Shown piece after piece: positions 27,834-39,749 of a DNA stretch of 64,000 nucleotides (positions within the stretch are counted from its first letter, which is position 1; every line of letters starts with the position of its first letter). The stretch covers positions 816,677 to 880,676 of the forward strand of contig NEEC01000024.1 in NCBI GenBank assembly GCA_002189035.1, written 5' to 3'. The stretch comes from Utricularia gibba. Its lineage: Eukaryota > Plantae > Magnoliophyta. A program made the position numbers and the translations under genes. A model generated the notes under the pieces. That model was given only the letters and a program-made list of their open reading frames with translations. It was not told where the DNA came from and made no database searches.

Positions 27834-29587
27834 TGATAACACATATTTTTGAGTGATGAAATGCATGGAAATTACTCATATTGTGTTACAAAAATCAGAT
27901 TTTACTGTCTAGTTCTATATTTTTGCACAAAGTACCGTAGTTATGTTATTTTAGTCTTAGTTGGAACTCCCAACCTTCTAATTGTTTTATTCGAGCAATG
28001 CAGTGTAGGTCGTAACACAAATCCCAAAGAGCCGAATATGAACAGTGTGGTGGCAGAGGATGAGACAAAAGTTTGAAAAGGAATACACACAAAATCTAAG
28101 GAAAAGGAAAAAGGGGGATTTTGAACAAAAAGAGGGAAAGATAGAGAGAGAAGACAGATTTCTTTATTGGAGACTCAAGACATATTTTTTAGAGATTTTT
28201 ATGGGGTAGAAGAAGGAAGGGAACGACGAACCAGAAGAACACAGCTTCTCTTTGAAGATTTATTTTCATTCTTAATACATACTGTTTCTAGCTAAGACTA
28301 GTTTTAGATTTACTGCGTGAACAATTTGTCTTCTCTATTTCTGTTATGCATTGCTTGTTGTTGTTTAACTTTGAAACCAGAATGATGCTTATGATATGCT
28401 ATGAAAACGTTTTCTTTTCCCTTAGCATGAGTGGCTAAACACTTAGGGGGGTGTCTTGGGATGAAAGGAGGGTAGATGTGCTAATCAATCTTTAGACTTA
28501 ATCAACCATAAGTCACGTCACTTTCTTAATAAACCAGGATAGATCCAGGAGGGAGAAGTAGTGAAACCCAACTTAACAACCCTAATTAGAGGTAGACCAA
28601 AAATTAGGAGGAAAAAAAGAGTCTGGATAGACCTAAACCTTGTGAGTTAGTTGTATGATTTATGGTTTGTATGAGCTTTGATGAGTCCCAAGAAGATAAT
28701 GAAGTGTATTTAAAGAATGATGAGGAGTTTGTCCAAGTGAACATATTAAAGACAAAGATGATTTCAACGGGATCAATGACTAGAAGCAAGAGCAAGATGC
28801 TTGAAGATACACTTAAGGCTCTACTCAATACAATTGGAATCAAGTATGGACTTGAAGACATCCCATCAAAAGAGCTGAACTACTTGAAGATGGATTTATC
28901 TTAGAGCATTGGGCTTATTGTTTGGCCCAAGTAATGTTAGAGTCCAATCCTAGAGTATAAATACTCTAAAATTGTACTCTTTAAGGACCTTTAGTCATTT
29001 TCATGTATGTTGTGAGGATTCTCCTCTTCTTTAAGTGCTTGTACACTCTTGACTTATCAAGCTTTGAGCTTGTGGCGTCCTAGGATTATCACTTCCAATC
29101 CCTTCTCTTTTCTGAGGTGTGCCTCCTAATTTTCTTTGTTTCGAAGTCTGATTGCAAGAGATTCATTCTCTTGAGGGTAGACTTGGGTGGGTTCTCTTCT
29201 AAGTTTCAAAATCAACTCTTGTTCATGGGTTGCTAATCTCTATAGATTAGAGGGTCACATCAAGCTTGTTTAGTGATAAGCATACATCCCCTAGAAATCC
29301 CAAGGTATCACCCATTTCATATTATAAACCACCGAGTCCCAAGCTTGCAATTTTTTTTTACTGCATTCCATCGTAGTTTTGACTTAGTCCTAGTTAAGAC
29401 CAAATCCACAAATGTGACATTGATTTTTTGCATTGACCTTCACATGGTAAGCACCTAGCTTTTTGTGTTCGATCCTAGTCCACTATGTTCATATTTTTCA
29501 TATGATTTGATGTGAATTAGGTTTATAAATTTTATTTGATAGGAGAAATTTGCAAATTAACGACTTGCACAAATTTTTCGTTTATCA
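27834..29587 (+). mobile_element. Solo LTR (family A2, about 1165 bp net), TSD ATGTT, containing a nested solo LTR
   Basis: Termini TGATAACAC...CGTTTATCA. ATGTT at 27829-27833 and 29588-29592. Confidence 0.9.
28679..29262 (+). mobile_element. Solo LTR (584 bp), CRM-like chromovirus, TSD AGCTT
   Basis: Termini TGATG...CATCA. AGCTT at 28674-28678 and 29263-29267. The internal frame has a GSMTRSKSKML motif resembling CRM-type LTRs. The clade assignment is inferred. Confidence 0.8.
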
Positions 29588-31497
29588 ATGTTCAACTTCG
29601 AAGCACTACATATTTTCTGTAGATTTATTGATTAATGTGGATTAAGATTTTATAAATTTCACTTGAGGTGAAAAATAATAATATTTCAAAACAATTTGGG
29701 TATTTTGTTTATCAACCCATCACAACAACATAATTATCAAGCAAATAATATTAATTTAATTCATGAAACTTCTCAAGCTGGAGACTCATCAAGAGATCAT
29801 GATGATGTCTCAATTACCAATGTTCAAATTCGTATATTATTATAGCAACTTCAAAAGAAAAATGCAAATATTCCATTGGTCCTTTACAATCCATCCTCAT
29901 TGATAGAAAATTCAAGTAACTTTATAGATAAAATTATTCAACATATTATTTATTCACACATGATTCACTTTATTGATAACTCAAAAGTATGGATCGATAA
30001 TTCGAGCGCAAATATGTGTAATTTTCTTTACACCCTGAATTTCGCAATATGTTTTATATGTCTTTGATTTATATATACCATTATCTTTATATATAATCCT
30101 ACAACACAAAATTCAATTTATGTAGTACACTTAACCAAAATCTCATTCAAGACTATAAGGTTTCAAATACGATTAGATGAGATGAACAACAAGATACTTT
30201 GTACTTTTTTCAAACTACACCACCAACACCATCAATTTATTTTGCCTACCCATTTGATAAAACTTGAAATATTTGATGATTTGATTCAATCAATGGCTTT
30301 GCCAATGGCTTTTGCTGGTAATGTTCATACTCATGATATGTTTAATCTTCGGCATTATAGATTAGGACATTTGGGACAGTAAATTTTCATGAAAATTATG
30401 CAAGTAAATGAATATAGAGATAAATTACTTTATTTATTTATTAATTAATAGCATTTGTTTTTATCTCTCAAAATTGAGAAAAAAATAATAAATATGTGTT
30501 TATTATATAATAAATAAATAATATAGACGAATAAAGATATTATTAAAAATGTTTTATTTTTTAAAATAAACATTAAATTGCGTTAGCAATAAAAAAAAAT
30601 TATAAAAGTAACATATTTACAAACGATCAACTTTGATACAGGAATTTTACAAAATAATTTTGCTTAGAAAAAATTACTTAGACAGGTATTCCACAAACGC
30701 ACCGGCCAAGATGCATCCAAATTTTTTATTTGTCTTTTTTGTTATTTTTTAATATGAAAATCGTCGGTTGAGTCGTTGACATTATCTCAGTACCGGACAA
30801 TAAATGCGTATCCATACAGGCGTCGGCAATCCAACAGTAGGGTGACATTTGAGAGAATGGTCCACCGTTGGCATATGTGGATTGTGGTAGTCTTTTCGCG
30901 ATGACGGCGACTGAAATGGCCCACGCGGCCGACTGCCATTGGGTTCCGCTGTTTTCGCTAGATATTTCAGGTCCTCCGGTGTGGGAAGAAACCTCCAAGA
31001 TATTCATAATTAAAACAAAATTACTGAACGAGATTCCTTCTTTAAATACAGGTCGAGTTCTCAAGTTTGCTTCGTGGAGAATCCTTTTACTTGGTTATTA
31101 GGATAAAAAAAGTGTGATTCGGGTTTCGTGTTCTCCTAGGTGTTCATTTGTTTTCGAGGGTGAGTTTTATTTCTTGCTGTCATGTCTTAGCACCTTGATC
31201 ATGATCACTTTCTTGGTCCTTCTATGTGGGCTGCTATTCAAGAAATTGGGGGCGATATAAATCCACAAGAATTGGAGAAGTTTCCAGAAGAAGATCGTTT
31301 CTTTTTACAGTGTGTTTTCAAAAACTGACAACCAACTTCCCTGGTCATTTATTGAAAACGGCTGGCAGCTATTTGAGTTCAGATGCTTCAATTTATTAAC
31401 AATCTACAAATGTTTGAGCTTGTTCTTTTCTGGGTTTAAAGTCAAATATTAACTAGAATTTCTTTTGTTTCAGTTGAGTGCTTGCTTTCTTTTTTCC

Positions 31498-33095
31498 ATG
31501 GCTGTGAAAAGAAATGGACTGCTCGAAGGCAGATTCCCTGCAGAATTGATGAACCTGCTGCTAACTATTGCATCACAATGGGGGATGTGATTGAGAAAAC
31601 TGATTTGAAGGTAGTTCATCTTAGTGGGGCTATGACGAATGAGGTTTATGCCATTAGCTGGCCAACGAAAACTGGAAACACTCGAAGGACGGTTTTGATT
31701 CGTGTATATGGTGAAGGAGTTGATCTGTTGTTCAACAGGAATGACGAAATTCAAACATTTGCTTGTGTATCAACTCATGGCTCTGGACCAAAGCTTCTTG
31801 GCCAGTTCAAAGGTGGGAGAGTTGAGGAATTCATTCATGCGAGGGTATGTGAATCTTCATTCTGAAGTATCTGTTTTTGTGAACTACGGTTGCGTTTTTC
31901 ATGAAGCTGTATTACAATTTTACTGCCTGGGAGGCATCTTGCTTGTTTAAAAGCGTACATCATGGTCCTGTGGATTCATGCAGACCTTATCAGCACCCGA
32001 TCTCCGTGATCTAGAGATTTCATCTCTCATAGCAGCAAAAATGAGGGAGTTCCATGGCATCAGCATGCGCGGTTCCAAATCCCCTGTCATCTGGAACAGA
32101 CTCAGGTGAATTCTCAGTCATTCCAGACGATCCACTTGGTTTTCAAATTGTGATTGACTCTGTTGTTTGTGTAGAAACTGGCTTAGGGAGGCTAAGATTC
32201 TGTGCACTCTTCATGAGGCAGAGGAGTACAACTTGAATCTCTTGGAAACTGAAATTGCTTTGTTGGAGAAAGCAACTTCAAGTAGACCACAAGAAGTTGG
32301 TTTTTGTCACAATGATTTGCAATATGGCAACATCATGATAGATGACAACAAAAGATGCATCACTCTGATTGTAAGCCATTTTCAGCTCTCCTTCTATTAG
32401 CCTTACGCATTCAATTAGAATTCTCAAACTTGCTACAGGACTATGAGTATGCGAGTTACAACCCCATCGCATTCGATATTGCAAACCATTTCTGTGAAAT
32501 GGCTGCAAATTATCACACTGACACACCCCACATTCTTGATTACAACAAGTACCCTGGTGAGTGAATCATGTGTATCCACTTGGTTCATGAACGCATGTGC
32601 TGCGCTATGCTGAACCACACCTACTAAGAACGTGAACTCAACAGGTCTGGACGAACGCTGCAGATTCGTAAGGCAATACCTCACTTCAGCAGGTTGGTTT
32701 CCAAACACCACACCGATCACTGAATCGGTTTGACAGCATTTTTTTATCTAATCATAGAAAACATTAAATCTTGACGCATTGGCTGAGAGGAGATGCTATT
32801 TTTCAATGTTGTAAACAACAGGGAGTGAACCCAGCCACACAGAAGTCGAGCAACTGATCGATGATGTGGAGAAATACAGCCTTGCAAGCCACATCTTGTG
32901 GGGACTCTGGGGGTTATCTCGGTAAATGAAATGCATGTCGACTCAATGCTGATACTGAATCCCTCCCATAACATGCATCATATGTCTTGCTTGTTGCAGG
33001 CGCGTGTGAATGATATAGACTTCGATTATGCGCAGTACGCGAAGCAGAGGTTTGAGCGGTACTGGTCGACAAAGCAGCAGATCCTTCATGTGTAG
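31498..33095 (+). CDS. Choline/ethanolamine kinase, 7 coding exons, with two apparent single-G frameshifts
   Basis: Motifs [10 protein letters not shown], Brenner motif [35 protein letters not shown] and SHILWGLWG. Exons 31498-31844, 31984-32105, 32175-32370, 32439-32556, 32645-32692, 32822-32921 and 33000-33095, all with GT-AG introns. Confidence 0.93.
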
Positions 33096-34249
33096 GAACA
33101 AAGAAAGGAGGTTTAAGAGACCAACTGACAGAATACCATGTATGTCACTAGGGCTGGATAAATGCACCAGTACACTTGTAATGTCTCTACAATGTGAAGC
33201 TGATCTTCATTCAATACAGAAGTAATGGCAGTTGAATCTGCCTATTGTATGCACATTATGTTTGGCGTTTGAGATGCATTCTGCTTTATGTACAAAAACA
33301 AGGCTCCGCACTTAACGAAGGAAACAACTTCAGGAAAATCTTGTTACTCAAGACTCTCCAGGATTCATCATTCTACACAGAAATGAGTCCATCAACTAAA
33401 GAAGGGTTACTTTGAATAATAATCATTTTTTTATTTTTCAAATTTGAAAAATAATCATCATTTTAATTTTTCTAAAAAATGAACATCTCAAATAGAACTT
33501 TTTAAATTAAATGATTTTACCTAAATTTAAAAATTAGATAAATTCATCAATAATACATTTATATTTTACATTTTATTTTGAATTTTAAAATTGAGATAAA
33601 TAACACTAAATATATTATCTCAATGCTAAAATAAACGATTTTATATTTATTATCTTTATTTTAATCATATTTTCAAAATTAGTGACAAATTTACTATTTT
33701 TTGTATTAATCTATACAATATCAAAAAATATTATAAAATACATAAGTTATACCGGTCAATTATTATACCTCTTAGGGCGCGTTTGGTTGCTGAGTTTAAG
33801 TGGGTTGCGGCGTGAGTTTAGATATAAACCCATGTTTGGTTCGTGGGTTTCAGGTGAGTAAAAATAAACCCATTTGTTGACCATAAACCGGGCGGGAACT
33901 CGTGGAGTTGGGTTTAGCTAAACCTAGGGGGGAGGGGGGTCGGTTTAACTAAAACCCAGGTCGGCACTTCCATTTTTGCCCTCGCATGAACTACATTTGA
34001 ACGCAGATCTACAACCCAGATCTACATTCTTGATTTGTCGATGGCGAAGCATGTTCTTTAGTGCAAAAAGGGTGGGTCTTTCCTTAAGTATGATTTCTGT
34101 TCTTTGTGGGTTGGTCCACGGTGACACTGCGAAGGCCAACTATAGCAGCACCGCATAGTGGGTTTTTATCTGTAAATTTCCAATTTCAGAATCTATAGTG
34201 CTGTGTGTGTGGATTTATTTTGCTCGATTTTTGCGACTGTTGAGGGGAC

Positions 34250-35595
34250 ATGGATTTTTTCACGGAAGGTCATGTCATCTTGAGTGCGGCAGTGGCAGTT
34301 TTGACCGAATACTTGGTGCAAATGAATGTGTTAGTATACTTACATTGGAAGAAATGCCGTATGGGATATAGGGTGAGACGCAGGTATTCACTTACACACA
34401 AGATTCTTAGACAAGTTGAGTATATTAGTAGGTTGGTGAGTGATGTGAATAGCGCATCCATTAAGAATTTGAGAATCAGCCGAGATGCCTTGGGTATTTT
34501 ATGTAGCCTATTAGAAAATCATTCTAACTTAAAGACTGGAAAATATGTAACGGTACTAGAGATGGTTTGCATGTTTTTAGGAATATTAGGTCATCATAAA
34601 AAAATGCGGGTGCAAAAGCATGTATACGGGAGGAGCACCGAGACACAGTCTCGATGCTTTCAAAAGGTGTTGCATGCGGTGCTTTGCCTCCATGAGGTGC
34701 TGTTAGAGAGCCTAGTAGTTGATGCAGAACGTGCATCAGAAGGAAAGTTTAAACACTTCCAGGTTGACACATCTTTCATGCTTCTTTTAACGAATGTGTA
34801 TCCTAAAATTGATTATACATTTGCAGGGTTGTGTTGGGGCCATAGATGGTACATACATCGGTATACGAGTTAACAAATGTGATGCTACAAGGTACAGAAA
34901 TCGAAAGGGGGTGATATCCACCAACGTGTTAGGTGTATGTGATGAACATATGAAATTTATATATCTGCTTGTTGGGTGGGAGGGGTCTGCTACAGATAGT
35001 CGGGGTGCTAAACGATGCACTCTCATGATCCGACGGCTTCCGTGTACGCCCAAGTATTTCACTTGTTTAGCCCGTGCGCATGTGATTCCAATGATTTTAT
35101 GCACCATGTATACGTGATGACACAGAAACATATTACCTGTGTGACAATGGATACGCCAATAGGGAGGGCTTTTTGGCACCATACCGTGGAGTTTGTTACC
35201 GTGTGAAGGAGTGGGGACAGGGAAATGGAGCACCCTAGAATGCGAAGGAGCTATTCAATATGCAGCATGCATCAGCCAAAAATGTGATCGAATGAGCTTG
35301 GGGCTTGATGAAGATGCAGTGGGGTATACTACGGGCAGCTAGCTACTATTCGGTAGACACACAGAACCGCATTGTATTGGCATGTGCTTTGCTCCATAAC
35401 CTCATTCGAAAGGAGATGGTGGTCAATCCCCTGGAGGATTAGGTCCCATTGGACTTTCATGATGAAGCTAGGGACACGAGTGATACAGAAGACGTCACGA
35501 CATCTGCCGGAGGCAATCAGGCATGGAATAGTTGGTGTGACCAGCAAGCTGAGGGGATGTACACCAAGTGGCTGGCATCCCGCAGACGCCGCTAG
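34250..35595 (+). pseudogene. PIF/Harbinger DDE transposase, disrupted
   Basis: Exon 34250-34762, then from 34827 GCVGAIDGTYI...RNRKGVISTNVLGVCD...GWEGSATDSR, YLCDNGY, GFLAPYRG and ACALLHNLIR. One frameshift and several stops. Confidence 0.93.
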
Positions 35596-36441
35596 TGTAG
35601 CAATGCTTTAGACATTGTCATGCTAGTGGTTTTCCTAAATTCCCGTTCAAAACCTATCAAGTCGTTTGTACTGGATTTGCTAAGCACAACTGTTTGCATT
35701 GCAAAGTCACAGCAATTTAAGCTCTAGTTGATACTCCATCTTGAACACCTGTTTCCATTGTATTTGGTGGTTGCTGCAAAAATTGTTGGGATTGTACCGT
35801 AGTGTCATGTCTTACCATGGGGTAACATTGTACCACATGGTGGATCATTGGAGCCAACACCGCGATCCTCAGACGAGGTTCTACGGAGGCTTCTACGACA
35901 CCAAAGTTGTTAGCAGCACCATGTGTTTCATCGTATCTGGTGCTGTCAAAAATTAAAAAGTAGATGAGTGTGAAGTTGGTGCATAGTAGTGAGGGTATTT
36001 GGTAGTTCAACGATGCGCCATTTTACTCTACATCGCGATCCGTAAAATCAGGTGCTTCTAAACGCATGGGCTATGCTGTGCACACCACTGCACCGCGTGC
36101 TTTGTAATCTGGTGCTCTGAGTTTTAATAACAAATTGGCATAAAATATTGCAGTTATTCAGCATTAAATGAGTTGGGCGGTTGACAACTGCCCAAACCGC
36201 CCAGCGCTATTAATACCCCCCTGCGCACAATAAAGGCACCTGACATTGAACACTTTCCAAAACAGTTTCATTAATTCCGCCCATCCAACTCCACCCTTTC
36301 GACAACCACGCAGCAGCACTGCGAAGACAGTCTCATTGACAACCTCTCAAGAACAACGTCCCGATGGTAGGATTTATTTGCCCTAAGCGTTTCAAATTCT
36401 TCGTTGCCATCGTCAAGTAAGTTTTCACTTGTTTTCCATAG

Positions 36442-36972
36442 ATGTTGACGTGTGAGAAACTACGTGCCCGCTTCTCAATTCCCGACGGTTACGCTATGTG
36501 GAATAAACAACCGGGTGAAACGTTCGATGGCGAACCGCCATGCAGAGTTGGAGCATCGGGATTCGCCATTAGCACTGAGCACTTTCGGTGTGGATTGTGA
36601 CTACCCCCGCCCCCTTTCTTGGTGCAGATACTTGCTGCACTCCAGATCCCACTCTCCCACCTCACACCACGTTCTGTGGTGCACGTACTCGCATTTATGT
36701 ACATCTGTGAAGAGGAGGATATACCCCCGGAAATGCGTGTCTTCTTTGCTGTTTCTGTTTGTGTGCAATGTAAGGGGAGTCCGCACTATTCGCTTCATGG
36801 AAAACCTGGAGTGGTTCTGGTTATAGACGTGAGAAGCACATATGATGATTGGTGGACTAGTTTTGCATGGGTATGCCCACCCACCGCTACAGAATGGCCA
36901 ACAACATTGAGAGTTTCAGAGAATGTCGGACACTCATCAGGTGATCACAAACAATTACTTCGGATATTCTAA
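36442..36972 (+). pseudogene. Cargo ORF with a Transposase_28-like (PF04195, putative gypsy-type) domain
   Basis: EHFRCGL*LPPPPFLVQILAALQIPLSHLTPRSVVHVLAFMYICEEEDIPPEMRVFF...DDWWTSFAWV fits the pattern GLRLP..PF...L..LTPNS....F...CE. One TGA stop at 36598. Confidence 0.65.
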
Positions 36973-37005
36973 TAGTACTCATGCTTTTTGCTGTTGTCAT
37001 TGTAG

Positions 37006-38237
37006 GTATAGAGGTATTGTCAAACGTGCAGCAAGGAGGTTTGTGAATTTGTTCTCTTGCAGAATAAAGTCACTGGAGGACGTATTGCCCCCCTTTCTGA
37101 ATGCCCCTAGGAACAGCATCTGTGGTGTGGAACCCCTCGACATCGTAAACAACGTAGGAGTACGAATGAAGATCTTGAGGAGGTGACCCATGAAGAGGAT
37201 GAAGATGTGCAGCCAGAAGTCAGGGGCAACACGGATGGGCCAACATCGATCTGGACACATGACGATGGGTGCGGTGCTGCCACTGCAAAGTATATCGAAG
37301 TGGAGAGACTGTACGCAGAGAATCTTGAACTCTGTGGTCGGCTTGCATGGTATGAACAAAGGTGGCCATATGGTGGAGTGTCGAGTGATAACACAGCCCC
37401 ACCACGAAAGTTGTTAATATTTGACGTGAATGGCGTACTTGCGCACATTGTGCATCCTCGCAAAGTCAGGTGGCAAGTGCTGAAGCTGGATGCCGTCATC
37501 TACGGGCGAAATGGTAATGTGGTTTATTTGACTCGCATTTAATATTTGGGGTATGTGTTAGTACTATTTCTTGTGGTTGTAGTGTATCTTCGACCAGGTG
37601 CACGTGAGTTGATACAGTTTTGCATGGAGCACTTTGACGTCGCCATATGGTCTTCAAGAGGACGGTAAGATTGACCACCTTGGTGGCAAGAGGATCCGCA
37701 TTCTTGCTGACATTTTTTTTTTTTGACAATATGTGTTAGTGAACAATTGCACGATGTGCTTCAGTGGTTACTAGGGCCTGCAGTAGCCATCAAGCTCGTC
37801 TTCCAATGGGATGGATCCAGGTGTGTGGACACAGGTTATCCGATGCACGACAACAGGAACAACATGGTTAAGCTTAAGCTTTTGAATCATGTATGGGGCA
37901 TCAACACCGAGTTCAAGGGCAAATATCACCGTCTTAATACGCTACTCATTGATGATGCATCGTGCAAGTCACTACACAACCCGGTGAGTTTCTGGTCACG
38001 CCCATTCTCCACCATCTTGCATCCGATGATTGTTTACTTTCATTGGACAGCCCAAAAATGCCATATTCCCAACCACCTTCAAGTACACCGCTGGTTCGAG
38101 GGGGAGATATTAGGTCGTTCTTGGAAGCTCTCGTTGACAACATGGATGTACCCATGCACATCGATCGCCGTCGGGTAGGTCAACGTCCAATAGACAAGGA
38201 ACACCCATTGTGGAAGCATTACAAGACTATTGTGTAA
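37006..38237 (+). pseudogene. Cargo gene: FCP1/NIF-type HAD-superfamily phosphatase, intron-containing, decayed
   Basis: Motifs KLLIFDVNGVL, LRPGARELIQFCMEHFDVAIWSS, LVFQWDGSRCVDTG, NTLLIDDASCKSLHNP, AIFPTTF and GGDIRSFLEAL...GQRPI...HPLW. Introns 37514-37582, 37665-37739 and 37984-38050 are GT-AG and in phase. TAG at 37108 and a frameshift near 38090. Confidence 0.88.
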
Positions 38238-38704
38238 TCGATGATGCACCTTTGAAATTGCATGGATCTTGCGTGAACTATCATATGCTGACCTTGTTAG
38301 TTTTTGATCGACCACTGATCATGGTGGAACCGCATGTTGTAACATCCGGTGCCATCACTAGATTTGAAACCTTGGGTCTAGACGTGGTGCTTCGTAATAT
38401 GCAACACCAACGCAATGCTAGTCCATCACTACTCGATAGCACCGCACTGAATGTGGTGGTAGTTGCAGCACCGCATTTGTGGAAGAGTGCTCAAGAACGA
38501 AGCACCGCGCTTGTTCATATGCGGTGCTTCCACATACAAAGTCAGAACACTCTCTACCCTTCGCAGTGCTCATACTAGTTACATGTAGTCATCCTTCGCC
38601 TATATTTTCATGTGAAATACCATATATTTGCTTAAAGGATGATTAGAAGATGAAAAACATCTAGTCCATGAGTCCAACATAAGGCGAAGCACCGCACAAT
38701 AGAT

Positions 38705-39749
38705 TTAAGATGTACATTCGGATGCTAAACCACACACAATAAGCTCTCTTTCACAGTCGCTAGAGGCAAGGAAGTAGCGCAACCTCGCAGGGTTGGAACT
38801 AATCATCTCTGCTATGGTAAAACGTTCGATGGCAGTTAATTGCAACGGCATACCTCTAATGATCTCCCCTGCCTGACGCTGATTGTCCACCAACTCCTGC
38901 GCTTGCTGCACCACTGTTAATCCCAAGTGACGTAGCTCTTCGCATGTGCGCACGTTCAGCTCCTTCATTTCTTTGATGAACTGCACATCATCATCGATTC
39001 CCCTCGGTCCCCTACCATTTCGTCCAGTCCGCCGCGACGAGTCAGTGCTGTTGTGTGACTTAGAGTGCCTACTAGGTGTGACGTTCACACCCTCTGCAGC
39101 ACAATCAATTGGGTCACAAGGTGTGTCAACATACGAGAAGTTCATATCCTGTCTAGTGCTATCCAGGTCCAGAGGGCAATCCGAAGAGACTTCCAGATTC
39201 TCCCCAACATCTTCCGTGAATTTCCTCTTCCTGGTCGCGGCTACATAGCTCATTGTTCTATCTCCTGTAGCCCGATCCTTTCCAAAGATTTCCTACCACT
39301 CCATGTAATACGGCCACGATTTGTGTCTTAGGACGCGCAGCCTGGGAGCATGCTGACATAAGAACACGGTAAGCACCGGATATAACATAGCGAGAATAGG
39401 GCATACGTACCTGATCAATCTCCTTCCAAACCTCCTCGTCTGCGGTGTTGGACAGCTCACTGAAACCGGTGCCCGACCTTGATAAAAAATCTATAAGGAG
39501 GTAGTAGTCTTATTTCCAGGTATGCACCTTGCTAGATATATGCGGGTGTGAGCGGATGTCGGTTTTAGGGCAGAGTTTCAAGAACTCTGTCTCCAACGCT
39601 CGGTGATACCCACCCCTAAAACCATTCTCGATTTTCCAACCTTCTTTCACTATCTACTTCAAAGCGTGCAACAAGTCTTTCTCCTCATCTGGCTTTTAGG
39701 CGCATTTTGTTTTTTTGTGAGAGTCTTCCACCACGATTGGGCTGTGCAT
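38705..39749 (-). pseudogene. PIF/Harbinger Myb/SANT-like protein (ORF1), disrupted
   Basis: EEKDLLHALK...GWKIENGFRGGY...HISSKVHTWK...SGTGF, then HKSWPYYMEW*EIFGKDRATG. Several in-frame stops. Confidence 0.88.

Larger units (their letters stand above)
25780..30380 (+). mobile_element. Old Ty1/copia remnant (gag, protease and pre-integrase traces) with later insertions
   Basis: NYYSWVKAMRRGLSIQEKLGFIN near 25863, YEDWVRCDDM, DYYTMLGRLWEEL near 26142, WIDNSSAN near 29990 and HYRLGHLG near 30355. Confidence 0.75.

Noticed and set aside
33390-33403. TSD for the foldback element
   Set aside because: No matching 8-10 bp duplication was found on the two flanks, so the Mutator assignment stays tentative.
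36510-38833. Shared AAACGTTCGATGGC at about 36515 and 38820
   Set aside because: A single short match in two coding contexts with no flanking similarity.
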